Positions 50,385 to 62,766 of a stretch of 64,000 bases of DNA are shown piece after piece. Location of the stretch: assembly GCA_900088475.1 (NCBI GenBank), contig FLMG01002942.1, positions 1-64,000 of the forward strand. Reading direction: 5' to 3'. This DNA comes from Hyphochytrium catenoides (Eukaryota; Protista; Hyphochytriomycota). The translations under genes were made by a program, and so were the position numbers. A model generated the notes under the pieces. It was not told where the DNA came from, searched no databases, and saw nothing but the letters and a program-made list of their open reading frames with translations. Every line of letters starts with the position of its first letter. The first letter of the stretch is position 1.

Positions 50385-52141
50385 GGTTGTGAGAAAGATG
50401 TAATTCGCTTCTGTGTAGCTGTGAAGCGAGCTCCTTGAAGACGCTACTTCGTTGGGGCCAGAAAGAAGTGTGTCGACTTTATAATTTGAGCTTAGTTCTT
50501 GGTTGGCCAGACTGGTCTGATCAGAAAATTGGCCAGGATAAAGGTGCATGGAGTGTTCTTCTTAGGGTCTCCCTGTGTGATCCTTTCCAGCCCTGACATC
50601 CGCTGCTGCTGCTGGTTTTTCCTCCACCACTGGACTAACTACTATCTGAGTTGGTCTTTCCAGAAAGATGACAGAGGAGGACTACTTTTGCTGAGAGTGA
50701 GAAGTAGATGCTTCCTCTTTTCTCCGTCTTTCTCGCCAGTGCGGCGTTAGTGGTCAAGACCAGCCACCCTAGTACATAGCTAGATCTGGAGCTGCTTATT
50801 ATAGTCAATGATGGAGATTGATAAACAGTGTCGTGGCGTTACGGCCGCTGCTGCACAGATTAGAAGGCTTCTGACGAATGGTAAGAACCGGTGGGTGCCT
50901 GCCGCATCCAACTCCTTTCGAAGACAAGCATGTAGCCCCTAGCGGAAGAATAGGAAATGAAGATGATGAGGTACAATCACCATGATAGCTCACCGAAGAG
51001 TTAATATTAGCCGCGCGGCAAAGCGTGACAACCGTGGCGGTCGGCGGCGGCGTACAGCAGCAGAGCTTAAAGAAATAGCTCGCAGCGAGGCAAGGAGGAA
51101 AAGGTACTCTTCCGGATCTAACGCTTAACTAACGATGAGTAATATGTCTAGCAGTTCCTTCTTGTATAGTCATTGCCCTTCTTCGTGCGATGTCCACCAC
51201 TTCTCCGCTGCGCGAGAGAGAAGAGGTTCTCGCTGTGGAAGGAAGGAAGGAAGGAGAGCATGAGTCAGCGCACCCGACTGCAGGAACAGCCAAGAGAAAG
51301 AGAGGATCGCTTCACTGCTAATAAGTGACTCTGTCAAAAGTCTGTATGCTGGGCGCAGTATGAGAGACAAGTGCTCCGCTTGGTAACAAACCACCTCATA
51401 ATATCGCTCCCCACTCTTTACTGAGCCTGCCATCCACATTGTAAGATGCACGTGATGATGGGAAGAAGGGCTGCTGCGGGTTCGGTCCTAATGGATAGCT
51501 CCCTTCAACAAAGTTCTTCATCCTTCTTTTCAATTTTCCTGGCCTTCCGTCTCCGGCATTTGTCCCGGGTCACACATTTTATAGAAGCTGGAGAAGAGGA
51601 AAAATCTTCTTACCTCTTCTCCCTCTTCGCCTTCCTTCTTGACAAATCAGGTAGATGCAGCAAAGTGGCACAAGGGATAGAGAGCTCGCAACGCAGAGCA
51701 AGTAGGCCAAGATTAATTGGAAGTGGTGGGAAGGTCGACGAAGAAGTGTCTGTCTCTTTTCTTCTCTCTCAGAGACATGTCCAATCCAAGGTTGACGTTC
51801 TGGCTCTTCGATGATTCATACGGGCCCTTTTCTCCGCTGTTAACCTTTGATTGGTAACCTCCTCCGTGGCGTACCAGGCTTATACCGTGGGTCGCCTGGC
51901 CGCATGACAAAGCACCGCTGTCGTCTGAGCTGCTGTGCAGGCCGTAGATCTATTATGCAAAGTAGCAGGAGCAGGTAGCTAGTGAGGCGGTCTTTGACCA
52001 TGAGCTTTCCCCTTCCTTCCCGCCTGTCTCCATGTTGCTCTTTCTCCTTCACATCCCCTGCTCTGAGAAAACATGGGACTTCACTCCTGAATGTCCCTCT
52101 CTTGGACGGAGAGATTCCCACTTCGCACCACTGCCTAATAA

Positions 52142-53110
52142 AAGGGCTGAGAACCAAGAGAAGAGGAGAGTTAACAAGTTCTGATGATGTCATTGGACCT
52201 GATGCATGGAGAGAGGCAGATCAGAACAAGATGGCAGAAGGTACTCCCAGCGATGGCGGTTAGCAGCGCTCGTTTCTTAGTGGCGTACTTATGCTTGATA
52301 ACTTCTTGTCCTTCTTCTGCATTTCTTTTCTTCCGCTTGGTCAGTGAGGAGCAGGGGGCAACGTGTGGACGAGATCTATCTTTCTATCTCCTTGGGCGGC
52401 CAGAGCAGAGCGCGCGGGAGAACGGGCAAAGAACATAGACTTAGATGTATGGGTGTGCCGCTTGATGCCAAGGCCGTGGATGGGGGAGAGGCAGCACTAA
52501 ACGAGATGATCGAGAAGAAGGAGAGAAGCCAATGCGGAACAAAGACGAAGAAGGTAAGGAAACGGTGCAGTCGTTCGATGAGGATGAGATGATGGCGAGC
52601 AATAGCTTTTAAAGCAATTTAAGGGTTGAGAACCAAGCGAAGAGGAAAGTTAACACGTTCTGATGATGTCATTGGACGTGATGGAGAAAGGCAGATCAGA
52701 ACAAGATGGCAAAAGGTACTCCCAGCGATGGCGGTTAGCGGGGCTGCTCGTTTCTTAGTGGCGTACTTGTGCTTGATATCTTCTTGTCCTTCTGCACTGC
52801 GCTTCTTTTGTTCCGCTTGGTCAATCAGTGGGAGAGAGCAGGGCAACGTGTGGACGAGAAGATGGTCTCTCTCATTCTTTCTCTTTGTGCCAGCAGGGCA
52901 CAGCGAGTGGGAGAACGGGCAAAGAACATAGACTTAGATATATGGGTGTGCCGCTTGATGCTAAGGCCGTGGGTGGTGGAGGCAGCACTAAAGAGAGAAG
53001 ATCGAGAAGAAGGAGAGAAGCCAATGCGGAACAAAGACGAAGAATCGTAAGGAAAACGGTGCAGTCGCTCAATGAGGATGGCATGATGGCGAGCAATAGC
53101 TTTAAGCAAA
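52142..53110. repeat. Head-to-tail tandem duplication of a ~480-bp unit (52142-52620, 52621-53110)
   Basis: Shared blocks such as ggcagatcagaacaagatggca and gagaacgggcaaagaacatagacttagat; many indels; no conserved ORF recognised. Confidence 0.92.
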
Positions 53111-54365
53111 TACGAGTGGTAGGGAAGAACCATACGAGACAGCTTAACGTCGTGTTCTTGTCTCTTCTTCCTGAGGCTTATTAGCACTACTTTCTTTAAC
53201 AGGAGTGCTTAGAAGTAGTAGTCTTTCTGCAGCTCAAGCCAGCAACTATTAGCCTTTAGACGCATAAGCCACGACTTGATGGACGGACAAGGCCGAGGTA
53301 GCGACAAGAACAGAGTGCTGGCAAGTGCACTAACACCAGCTGCTGCCGCTACTCCTCGCTGTTATGACGAGCAGACATGGGCGAATCATCATAGACAAAG
53401 GGAGCGGAAAGAAGAAGAGGCCCTGCTGCAAGGAAGGGGGTCACAGTTTTCTGATCGCCACTGTCATGCAGGCGCTGGTGGTGGTGGTGCTTTGCTGCTG
53501 CAGCTGGCGTCCAATTTCTTGGCCAAGTTGTTGATAGTTCTCACCAGCAGCGGGGATGCTTGATACTATTTGGGGCCACCACCATGTGGTAGGCCTCTGT
53601 CTCTCGGCTGTCCCACTCACTGCTGCCCGGGTATTATTCTTCTCAAGAGAAGCAAGCAACGAGAGCTCAGGAAGGTGGTGGGAAGTCAGAAGGAACAGAG
53701 TCGATGATCGGTGTGGCCGTTCTTTCTCCTCACACGTTCCCACCAAAGCAGCGATTTTGAAGGTTTGGTGGTGCTGAGCAGGATATGAGAAGAAGAGGAA
53801 GGTAAAAGAGAGCGAAGGGGAGGGTACTCTACCAGTCAGAGATGAGAAAGAGGGGGTGGTTCCTCTCTTCTTCGCTGGCTGCTTTTCCTCATCGTCTTCA
53901 TGCGGGCAACGCACGTCGTTCTTTCCACCACCACCACCACCAGCCTTAGATAGTAAGTATGCTCTCCCGTCCTTGTTGCATCTCATGACTCCACCGCTGC
54001 TGCTGCTGTTCTTTCTTCATTGTCCTCCCATGATAAGGATGGTGGCAAAGCAGGCGAGCCGAAGCCAACGACGAGGAAGAAGAGCCATAGTTTAGCTGAC
54101 TATTGTCTAGGAGGAGGCTAGGGAACGAGAGAAAGGGAACAAGAGATGACTCCAACTCTCCTTGGCACTCACTAACTGATTATCTCTTACGTTATGCGAC
54201 AACATTAGGATAGTTCTTGTGTTGCTTTCGCTGGCGGGACGGTTGCACCTTTCCTCACCGCGATCTAGAGTATAAATCAAAGGAGATGTGCAATACCCAA
54301 TCTATTGAATCTTCACCGATTCTGAACAATACAACTATTACAAGAGAAGAGACCCAAGACCCCCT

Positions 54366-54457
54366 CGTTCTCTCTCTCTCTCTCTCTCTCACTCTGACTC
54401 CATCCCTCTCTCTCTCTCTTTCGTTCTCTCTCTCTTCTCTCTCTCTTTCTCTCTCCT

Positions 54458-54500
<43 letters not shown>

Positions 54501-54750
54501 CCCTCCCTCTCTGACTCTTTCTCTCTCTCTGACTGCCTCGCTCTCTTTCTCTCTTTCTCTCTCCCTCTTTCTCTCTCCTCCAGCTCTCTCTCTCTCTCTA
54601 CCTCTCTTTCTCCCTCTTTCTCTCTCCTGCCCCTCTCCCTATCTCTCTCTCCCCGTTCCCCCTCTCTATCTCTCACTGTCTCCTCCCCCCCACTTCTCTC
54701 TCTCTCCCTCTGCCTCCACTTTTTTCTCACTCTTCCCTCTCGCCCTTTTC
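54366..54750. repeat. (CT)n-rich polypyrimidine tract
   Basis: Directly visible. Confidence 0.95.
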
Positions 54751-56436
54751 TCATCAGCAGTCATGGGTCATGGCTGCTGCTTCTCTTTTTTCCCAGTCAT
54801 TCCACGCTTGTACCTTCTTTGTCTTCTTCCTCAACACGTGCTTCTTTCTTCCTCCTCTCCTGCTGCTTGCGTCGCTGTCGTCTCCAGATCGTTTTCCCTT
54901 CTTCCCGCTCCCGGCCTCGCTCAGAAGGTCATGACTCTTCTATCTTCCTTCGTGGGCCTAGGACGGAGCGAGCGGTGATCTCATTAGTACGCCACCGCTC
55001 TTCTTTGTTGCGTCACTCAACGTGTTGTCTCAATGACTAGACGCCTTTATTTCTCCCACAATCATGCCGGTCATTCGCCGGTCTTGCTTGGTAAACTAGT
55101 GTCCATCGTCCTTCACCACTTCCGTTCTTATTGCTGCTTAATATGCGTGAAGGTGGCCGAGCCGATGATGCCGCTTCCTGGTGGCAATCCTTGTACCCTG
55201 TCAGGCTTGGCGAACCACGCCAACAAATTGTCTTCTCCTATTTGCCGCGCCAGCAGCGGCAGATGAATTTTTTCCGGCTGCCGGCCGGCCTACTGTTTAC
55301 TTACTCGTTCTCATCCTTCTCCCCTTAGTCCGAAGTGAAAGCAGCAGATGTGAGTAAGAAGCAGCAGCGAGTACCCGCAGATAAAATTCATTCTAGATGC
55401 TGCTGGGACGAACCGGCGAAGCAAGCTATTACTCCCTATCAAGCAGCTCACCCACCTCTTATTGCTCAGCAGCGAGGGCAGAGACGGGACAGATAGATGC
55501 CTGGGAGGAAGAGGTAATGGGAAGGAGCATGATCCATCCTCCATCCCCTTGGTAATGGTAGAGCAAACTCCTCACGACGGTAATGCATCGTGCTAGACGG
55601 AAAGCAGTGGCTTACCGACGAGATACATTGTTCTTCTTCATCACTATTTACCGAGAACCACTAGTATGACAGGCGCTAACAAATGGATTGATTGGCCCTA
55701 TCAAGGAAGAAAGGCTCAGTGCATCACTGCCTTCAGTAAACGCATTCATCCTGTTCTTCCCTTGTTATTCTGTTCAGCCTGCCAGCACTCCTGACGTAGC
55801 ATGCTGTCCATATTATGCGAACAACAGCAGCCAATGGCAGTTAGCAGTTTTCTGCAGCGGCCTATTATTAGTCTTCTCCTTCTGGTCAACAATAAAGAGA
55901 AGATTCAAGGCCATGATAATGGGCATGAGATCTGCTGTCTTTTCGCAGATATGGCCGACGGCACACATCAAGCCTCGTGGCGGGAAGGAGTTGACTCATA
56001 AGAGGCGCGTCTCGCTATAATAATAGGACAGTGGCGGTGTATTCGACTACTCGGCAGCACTGACTCTATTTCCAGCAGTTAGAGGAATTAGAGAAGAGGA
56101 TGATATTTCTTTCAAAGGTAAGGACAAGCAGTTCTAATGTTTGAGAGTTAGTTAGATTGTCTCAAAGTGCAGGCAGCGACAGCCTTTGTGTTGCCAGCCA
56201 CTCCCTACTACCGATCGTATTGACAGGTGACTACGCGCCCTTCAGACCTTGGTTTCTCTAGATGACAGTCATCTCCTTAGTCATCTGTGCTGCTATGGGT
56301 ATATTAGGATGTTTGACACCAGTGCGTGGCTTGTGCTTGTCCTCAATAGAGAGGTGGTGGTGGTGCTCCTTGCTTAAGCTGAAGCTGTGGCTAGTTGCCC
56401 GTAGCGAGCTCTCCTCCTGACATACCTCGACTCTTA

Positions 56437-57432
56437 CTACTGCGCTGTAAGCTGAAGAAGAAGTCTATTAAAGAGTTCCACGTCATAGCAGAGCGCTGGA
56501 TGAGGGAGGAGAGGAGAGAGAGGATCTCTCATCCCTCCTCCGCAGCGGAGGAAGTCTGCCATACCCTCAGAAGACACGCCAACGTCAAGACGGGTATCAC
56601 TAGTCGATGGGAAGGACGCGGTAGGAACAATCCAGCTTAGAGTTGAAGGCAAGGCACTGAAGCTGCTCATCCCGCTATAGGAGAGCCCAACCACCTTTTC
56701 TTCCTCAGCCGGCGTCATAGGGTACATTCTACTCCCGTCCGATGCTGGAATCAACGTCACTTCAGACTTATCTTCTTCGGTAATGCTTTCAAAGGCTGCA
56801 GATGTCATCCGACCTTGGTCACACTGGCTAGCAGTGACACAGACAGCGTGCCCCTGGAGGTTTCCAGACAGGGAGCCGTCTGACACCTCCAGCTCATGGT
56901 CTTCGGCAGATAGGCAGCAGAGGACACAACGCACAGCGGACTGATTGGTCGTCAAAGGGGCTTGCCAATCCTCGTCTGAGCATGATGCCGCAGCGGCGTC
57001 TACTAGGCTTTGATTCCTTAGAGTGGCACTCAAATCGTCTGAAGAAGGAGGAGGATGGCAGACGATATCTTCGGAAGGGAGAGGCAACATCCATGTAGGA
57101 GAAGACGCATCGTGGCAAGAAGGAGAGACGGAAACTCTTTGCTCTCTACTTCCCCTGGCTATCTCCTCAGACCCTCTGGATTGTTCAACGAGTTCTCTCT
57201 GCAGTAAAGTTATACCGTTGTTCATGTCGTGCATCATCTCCAAAGTCTTGGATAGGACTGATAAGTGGCTGCGCTGTCCCCCGTAGCCCATCGCCTCCAC
57301 CTTCTTCTTCAGAATGTCGAATGCTTCCGCAATGCTCTTTACTCTTCTCTTTTCTCTAGAGTTATGCTTCGCACGCTTTCTCTGGATGCAGTCACTGGCG
57401 TCCGGGCTATCAGCTGTCCTTCTCCGAGGCAT
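56437..57432 (-). CDS. bHLH transcription factor, subfamily B4, 331 aa
   Basis: MPRRR..HNSREKRRVKSIAEAFDILK..GYGGQRSHLSVLSKTLEMM. Confidence 0.9.
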   Translation of the reverse strand: MPRRRTADSPDASDCIQRKRAKHNSREKRRVKSIAEAFDILKKKVEAMGYGGQRSHLSVLSKTLEMMHDMNNGITLLQRELVEQSRGSEEIARGSREQRVSVSPSCHDASSPTWMLPLPSEDIVCHPPPSSDDLSATLRNQSLVDAAAASCSDEDWQAPLTTNQSAVRCVLCCLSAEDHELEVSDGSLSGNLQGHAVCVTASQCDQGRMTSAAFESITEEDKSEVTLIPASDGSRMYPMTPAEEEKVVGLSYSGMSSFSALPSTLSWIVPTASFPSTSDTRLDVGVSSEGMADFLRCGGGMRDPLSPLLPHPALCYDVELFNRLLLQLTAQ

Positions 57433-60400
57433 GTTGTCCGATATCTTCCTTTGTTGCCTTCGTTGTTGTAGCGATCTTGTCAGCCCTTCTTAGTTCACAT
57501 CCATGCGCCTGAATAGGAGACTCACTATCTCCTTTGCGGAAGAAGATGGCACCGCCGCCACCGAACTGTTGTCGTGTACCTTCTTTCTCCTCTCGGGAAA
57601 GGCTGGAGAAGTGTGATCTCTTAAGTATTGCCTGTCTCGTCCTGGTGGACGTTGAGCATACCAGCAAATGATTATGCAGGAGCTCTTGTGGTCCAGCCAC
57701 CAGCTCTTTAGGGCTGGCTTCCCTAAGCAAACAAACGGTCTTGCGTACTCTGAAGCTCCGCCGTCTTCATCTCCACCGGATGGCAAATAGCCAAGTGTTG
57801 ATTGATGAACCATGATGTTGGTTCGGAAGTAATAATAAATAGCAATCGCCACGGTAGGTCTGACGATCAGCCAGTAATTGCTAGGACTTAGACGGATGAG
57901 AGGGAAGAGAGAGAGAGATTTTTGTCCAGCCCGTTGCCTGGTTGTGACTCCCGTCGGTGGGGGATAAGAGAGAGGGGACGGACAAACCTTCGCCTCCGAT
58001 CGCTCGTCCTGTCGAGCATCCTCCTTGGTCTCCTTGAAGAGAGGCGTCCATCGCCACGACATAGGGCAGCTTATTAGGTCATCAGCTTCGCAAGAAGAGG
58101 ACAAACAAACGGAACCACCCAGCCAGGAATGTCCTGTGAAAAGCGGGCAGCACCTAGGAGGAGAAGCAGGCATCCGTCTGCTTTTCCTCCCAGTCTCAAC
58201 ACTCTCTCGTAGTGTCGTCGCCCCACGCGTGACGCACCGAAATTCTTCTATGGCACCCATCAGATATGGATGACGTCCTATGTACCTAGGTGCTGCTGCT
58301 GGTGACTGTGGAAGGTCGGCGCTCGGCCAAAGGTGAGGGGGAGGCCGAGGCAGGAAGCAGGAGGAGGTAAAGAGAGCAGTTAAAGTGAAAGGCAAGGCCA
58401 CCAAAAGCGTAATAACTGCACCAGTTCTTCACCTGCCTGCCTCCTACTACTGGAGAAACAGAGGAAGCCTGTCTGCTTTTCTTCTTGCCCTCCCGAAGTC
58501 CGGACGTACGTACCCACTTATGCTGCGGATCCTCGCACAGTGATGATTCCTTTCTCCTCCTCCACCACCGCCGCCGCTTCGCCCTACTCCTAGTAGTGAC
58601 CATGACAGCTGTAGCTTGGGAGAGAAATAAGTGAAGAGGAGGAGGAGGAAGAGTGTACGGACCAAGAGGCGGTGAGGAAGATGAGAGAAAGAAGAAAAGA
58701 AGCGACGAAGGAAGGTCAAAGGAAGGAATTCAGGAGAGAGATGATGGGATCCTCCTCCTCCTCCAATCAGGAGCATGACGAAGGAGGTGGGAGAAGGGTT
58801 TGGTCGTTTCCTCTACCTGGTGGAGAATTTTGGTGACCTCTGGCCCTCAAGATTCGTGTGTGATTAACTTTCCGCCTTTCGTGGTTGATATTCATGCGGA
58901 AGTCGGGTATGATTACAGACTAACTAAGGACACACATCGTACGGGGTTATTTTGGCTGGGTTCGATAATATATTCGGTTTGGAATGGTTAATGTCGGTAG
59001 CCTAGGGAAACAGAAGAAGAAGTAAGAGGACGATCGTCGAGGCCCCACCTTCACAGCAGCAGCGAGGGCACTAGCTAGGATAAAGAAGAAAGGGAGGAAG
59101 GGACAAACAGCGGGGACCAACATGATCTTGGATTATATAGTAGGGCTATACTTCTTGATATTCGTCCTCGTTTGTTGGTCACAGTCTCTTCTTCTTATGG
59201 ACTCATCACCGTGCATCGCTTAGTATTATTATCCCCCCTCTGTGCGCTCTGGTGGGTATGGTGGGTTGCTAGCTTTGCCGGGTTGTTGGTTGTTCCTGCT
59301 GCGGTTGGTGGTAGCAGTAGTTCTACTACTGATGAAGAGGAAGATTGCTGTTCGCTTGCCATCATCTTCGTCTTTGTGCTTTCTCTATAATAATAGTAGG
59401 AGTCTGATGATAGGGTCGATGATTCTTCTGCGGTCGTAGATTCTCGCCTTTTTCTTCTGATGAGCTGGTGGTCGGTGGTAATAATGGAGCAGCCATCCGC
59501 AGGAGGAGGAAGGAGACGAAGGCAAATGGTGGTGGAAGCAGCTGTTGCCTTGGTGAAGCCGGAGCTCCTCCGAGACAGAAGAGCTTCTTTGCTTCGAAGA
59601 CGCGGGGCCCTACTAGTTCCTTACATGGAAAGACGACGGTGGGTGGAGGAGAGGAGGAAAGAAGAAGCGTGTGCTGTCATAAAAACCATTATCGTCCATA
59701 AAGAAGACGGGAATTATCGTTGTCTCATCGGATGGTGGTGATAATAGTGTCTCAGATTGGTAAGAAAGTCGCTGCGTCCCCTTGCTAATAATGGTGAAGC
59801 AGCAGGAAGAAACGAGTACGTACTGCTAATGACGGTGCGTCAGGCACAGCTGGAAGGAGGAGGATCAGTCCTCCTTCTTCTTTTCCTTAGAAGTACCCCT
59901 TTCGGCTTCAATAATGGCCAACCTAGGTGCGTGCATCTGCATGTGCAAAGTACCGGTGATAGAAGCCCAAGACAAAGATGTGAAGAGACTTTGTGATGGT
60001 GCGATGTCTTGACTTGGTGGAGCACCTAGCAAGTTTGTTAGTTTGAAGTCGACGAAGAGGAAAAAGAGCTGGAGAACAATGACGTTCTTTATAGCAGTGT
60101 TGCTTCATCGGCAGCGCCTCCGTGGCGGCAAGCATTTCAACTCCTTACCAAGAACAACTTCCGCCTATATGCATCTACCACCGTAGCAGGAGGTCGGGTG
60201 CAAAAGGACGGACGAAGTGCCAGAGACGTAATGTGAGGAAGAGTTGGAAGCAAAATGAAGGCCGCAGATAAGATTTTGATGAGGAAGCAAACAGCAGCAG
60301 CCTGCGCTGGAGCCACAGAAAAAGAAGGAGTATGTGTAGGCATCATCAAGGTAAGGCTCAGCAGGTATATTAGATATAGCTGGTGCTGCACGCAGCAGAC

Positions 60401-60591
60401 AACACGTTACCTGCAAACTTTTCCGCTTGAGCCGTAACCTGGTCAAAAACAGACAAAGAAGTAGTTGAGGGCCCCGGGCCCGGCCAGGAGACAGGCGGCG
60501 GTTAGAACTGTAACACTAGCAGCTGCGGCTGATGCCAAGCTACATAACTTACGTCAGAATATTATACTTTGCCCGCTTAACCGAGTGTTGC

Positions 60592-60710
60592 TCAGATCCG
60601 CCGGCGGCTTCAGCATATATCTCGGTCGTCTTTAGCAGGTAGGGTTGCAAGCAGCAGCAGCGTTGACCGAGATATGCTGAAGCAGCCGGCGGATCTGACG
60701 ACCGAGATAT
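60592..60710. repeat. Near-perfect ~35-bp inverted repeat (arms 60592-60627 and 60665-60698) plus an extra partial arm
   Basis: tcagatccgccggcggcttcagcatatatctcggtc versus gaccgagatatgctgaagcagccggcggatctga: one mismatch and a 2-nt bulge. 60697-60710 is the exact reverse complement of 60617-60630. Confidence 0.92.
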
Positions 60711-62766
60711 GGTAATATTATCCTTACCGAGGCGCGCTGCTGGTGGAGACATGGTAGTATTATCATATAATTGATGTATGATGATACCGGTGCTGGAAAG
60801 GGGCATCAAGAAGTTAGGCTTCGTTGTTCGTCTTACTGCTCCAGTATCTAGCCCTGCAGGGTACCGGAGGCGGAGGAAAGGGAGAGGATCATCATCCTTC
60901 TGTCTCAAGGTCGTCCTATCCGAGGCCGTACTACTAGCGGTAGCGGTTAATTATTATTCACAAAAGGCTGTGATCATAATGAGAGTCCCTTTCTCTCTTT
61001 GTTACTTTTGGTGCATCCTCCTACCTCGTTGAGGCTCGGATAAGGCGGTCACTCTCCATGGACGACGGTACTTCTTACTACTTGCTGCTGCTGCTGACGG
61101 CGGAGAACAAGTGAGCTCGCATCAGGTCGGTGGTGCTTCATCTAATAATGAGCGCAGCAGGGTGATCTTCATTTCTGATGGCAACAATAGAATATCCTGC
61201 TGTCACCACTCTCCTCCTCGTGGACTGCTATGTATAAGGGATTAATGCCGTAGGAAGGAGAGTGTACCAGCGATGATGAGGAATAAGCTTTGGCCAGGAG
61301 AAGAAGTCATCAATCATCATCGTCATCATCATCATCAGAAGATAGACGAAGAAGCATCAGCAGCTCCAAGCACACCGGTGCCTCCTGCTGCTGCTTCTGC
61401 TTCGTCCTAACATTAAACCAACCCTGAGTCATTCTTGATGGAACACAACTAATTTCGGAAGTGCGAGCACTAACCACAAAATTGCTATGGAAAGCAAAGT
61501 TAGTTTCGGGAGGTGAGTTCTATCATGGTGAACGAGTTCAAGAGCAGTGGAGATGACTAATATGTTTGCATAGACCCCCTTTCGCTTGATTGAGTGTAAG
61601 GATAGAAAGGATAGAAGTCATTTCAATGATTATTAGTGGGTTTATATTTGTGGGTGGATTAGGGAGCATCGTCTGGGCCATCATCGTCGTTCCCGCCTTC
61701 TACTGCTGCCTTCTGTTGATGAGCTAGAGGCTGCTGCTGCCTGGAGCTCGAGCGAGCGAGCTGCTGGAGAAGACAGCAAAAGACGAGGACAGGTGACAAG
61801 AAGGAAAGCAGGGTTCAGTAAGAGGCAAGACCTAGGGAAGCAGCACCAGCAGCAGCAGGCAGTAGCAGCTCCACCAGCACCAGCAGCAAAAAAACACAAG
61901 GGGCACTAGAAGCGACAGCCACAGCAGCAGCAGCAGCAGCAACAGAAGCAGCACCAATAGAGGTAACAGCCACAGCCACTGGACGCGGCATCACTTAAAG
62001 TACGCGACAGAGTTCGCAGATAGTGTTTGAGGACATCGATAACCATCCATCAGTTGTTGGGTGTCCATCATCGCCATCCACACAGAGCATTACTCACAAG
62101 AGCTCCCGTAGCTCAAGCCTTGTGCGGCTAGCTGGTGGTGGGGCACAACAACCGTCTAACTTGAGGCATTCGTATGCAGTGGAACCGCGTACTACGAAGC
62201 AAGCCTATGTGATATACCCCGCCCAACAAGAGGAGATCGCTTACACCTTGCGATCCTGGTGCTCTTCTTGACGAAGGACTCAGACAAAAGCCCAAAAAAA
62301 GAGGAGCAGTGAAAAGTGGTCGAGTGAGGAAGGCCTATCAATCCCTTTGGAGCTCCTCATCCTCGGCAACTTGCAAGCACAAAGGAATAAACAGCCCTGT
62401 TTAAGTAGGGCAAAAATTTGGATAGTTACAATCGATGGCTATGTCACAAGCCTCGGAGCAGGAGGACTTAGAAAGCGTCGGTAACGGAAGGAAGAAGGCT
62501 CTCCCCGTAAGACTACTGCTATTCTTTGTGCGCTAGATAGCGTTTTCTGCCCTCTTTCTCTTACGTTCTTTTCGGCTCACAGACTGTTTTAGACCAGCAT
62601 GGTGACATTGCCCTTATCATGTTGAACTCTCTCCCTTCCTCCCTCTCTGTCTGTTGACCTCTCCTCTCTATCCTCTCTGGTATCTGTCACTCCTTCCCTA
62701 TCGTCAGCACTGATGATGTCTCATTATCAAGCCCATATCTTCTCGTCTCTTTTATCTGCAACACCC

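Noticed and set aside
54219-54360. Short similarity (gatctaga.t.taa.tc..ggag) to the reverse complement of about 5546-5569, suggesting a shared LTR family
   Set aside because: Only about 23 nt with several mismatches and no TSD.
57490-58603. 304-aa ORF and an MVTTRSR-starting ORF upstream of B4
   Set aside because: No recognisable domain; the longer ORF starts at a non-ATG codon; composition resembles intergenic or UTR sequence.
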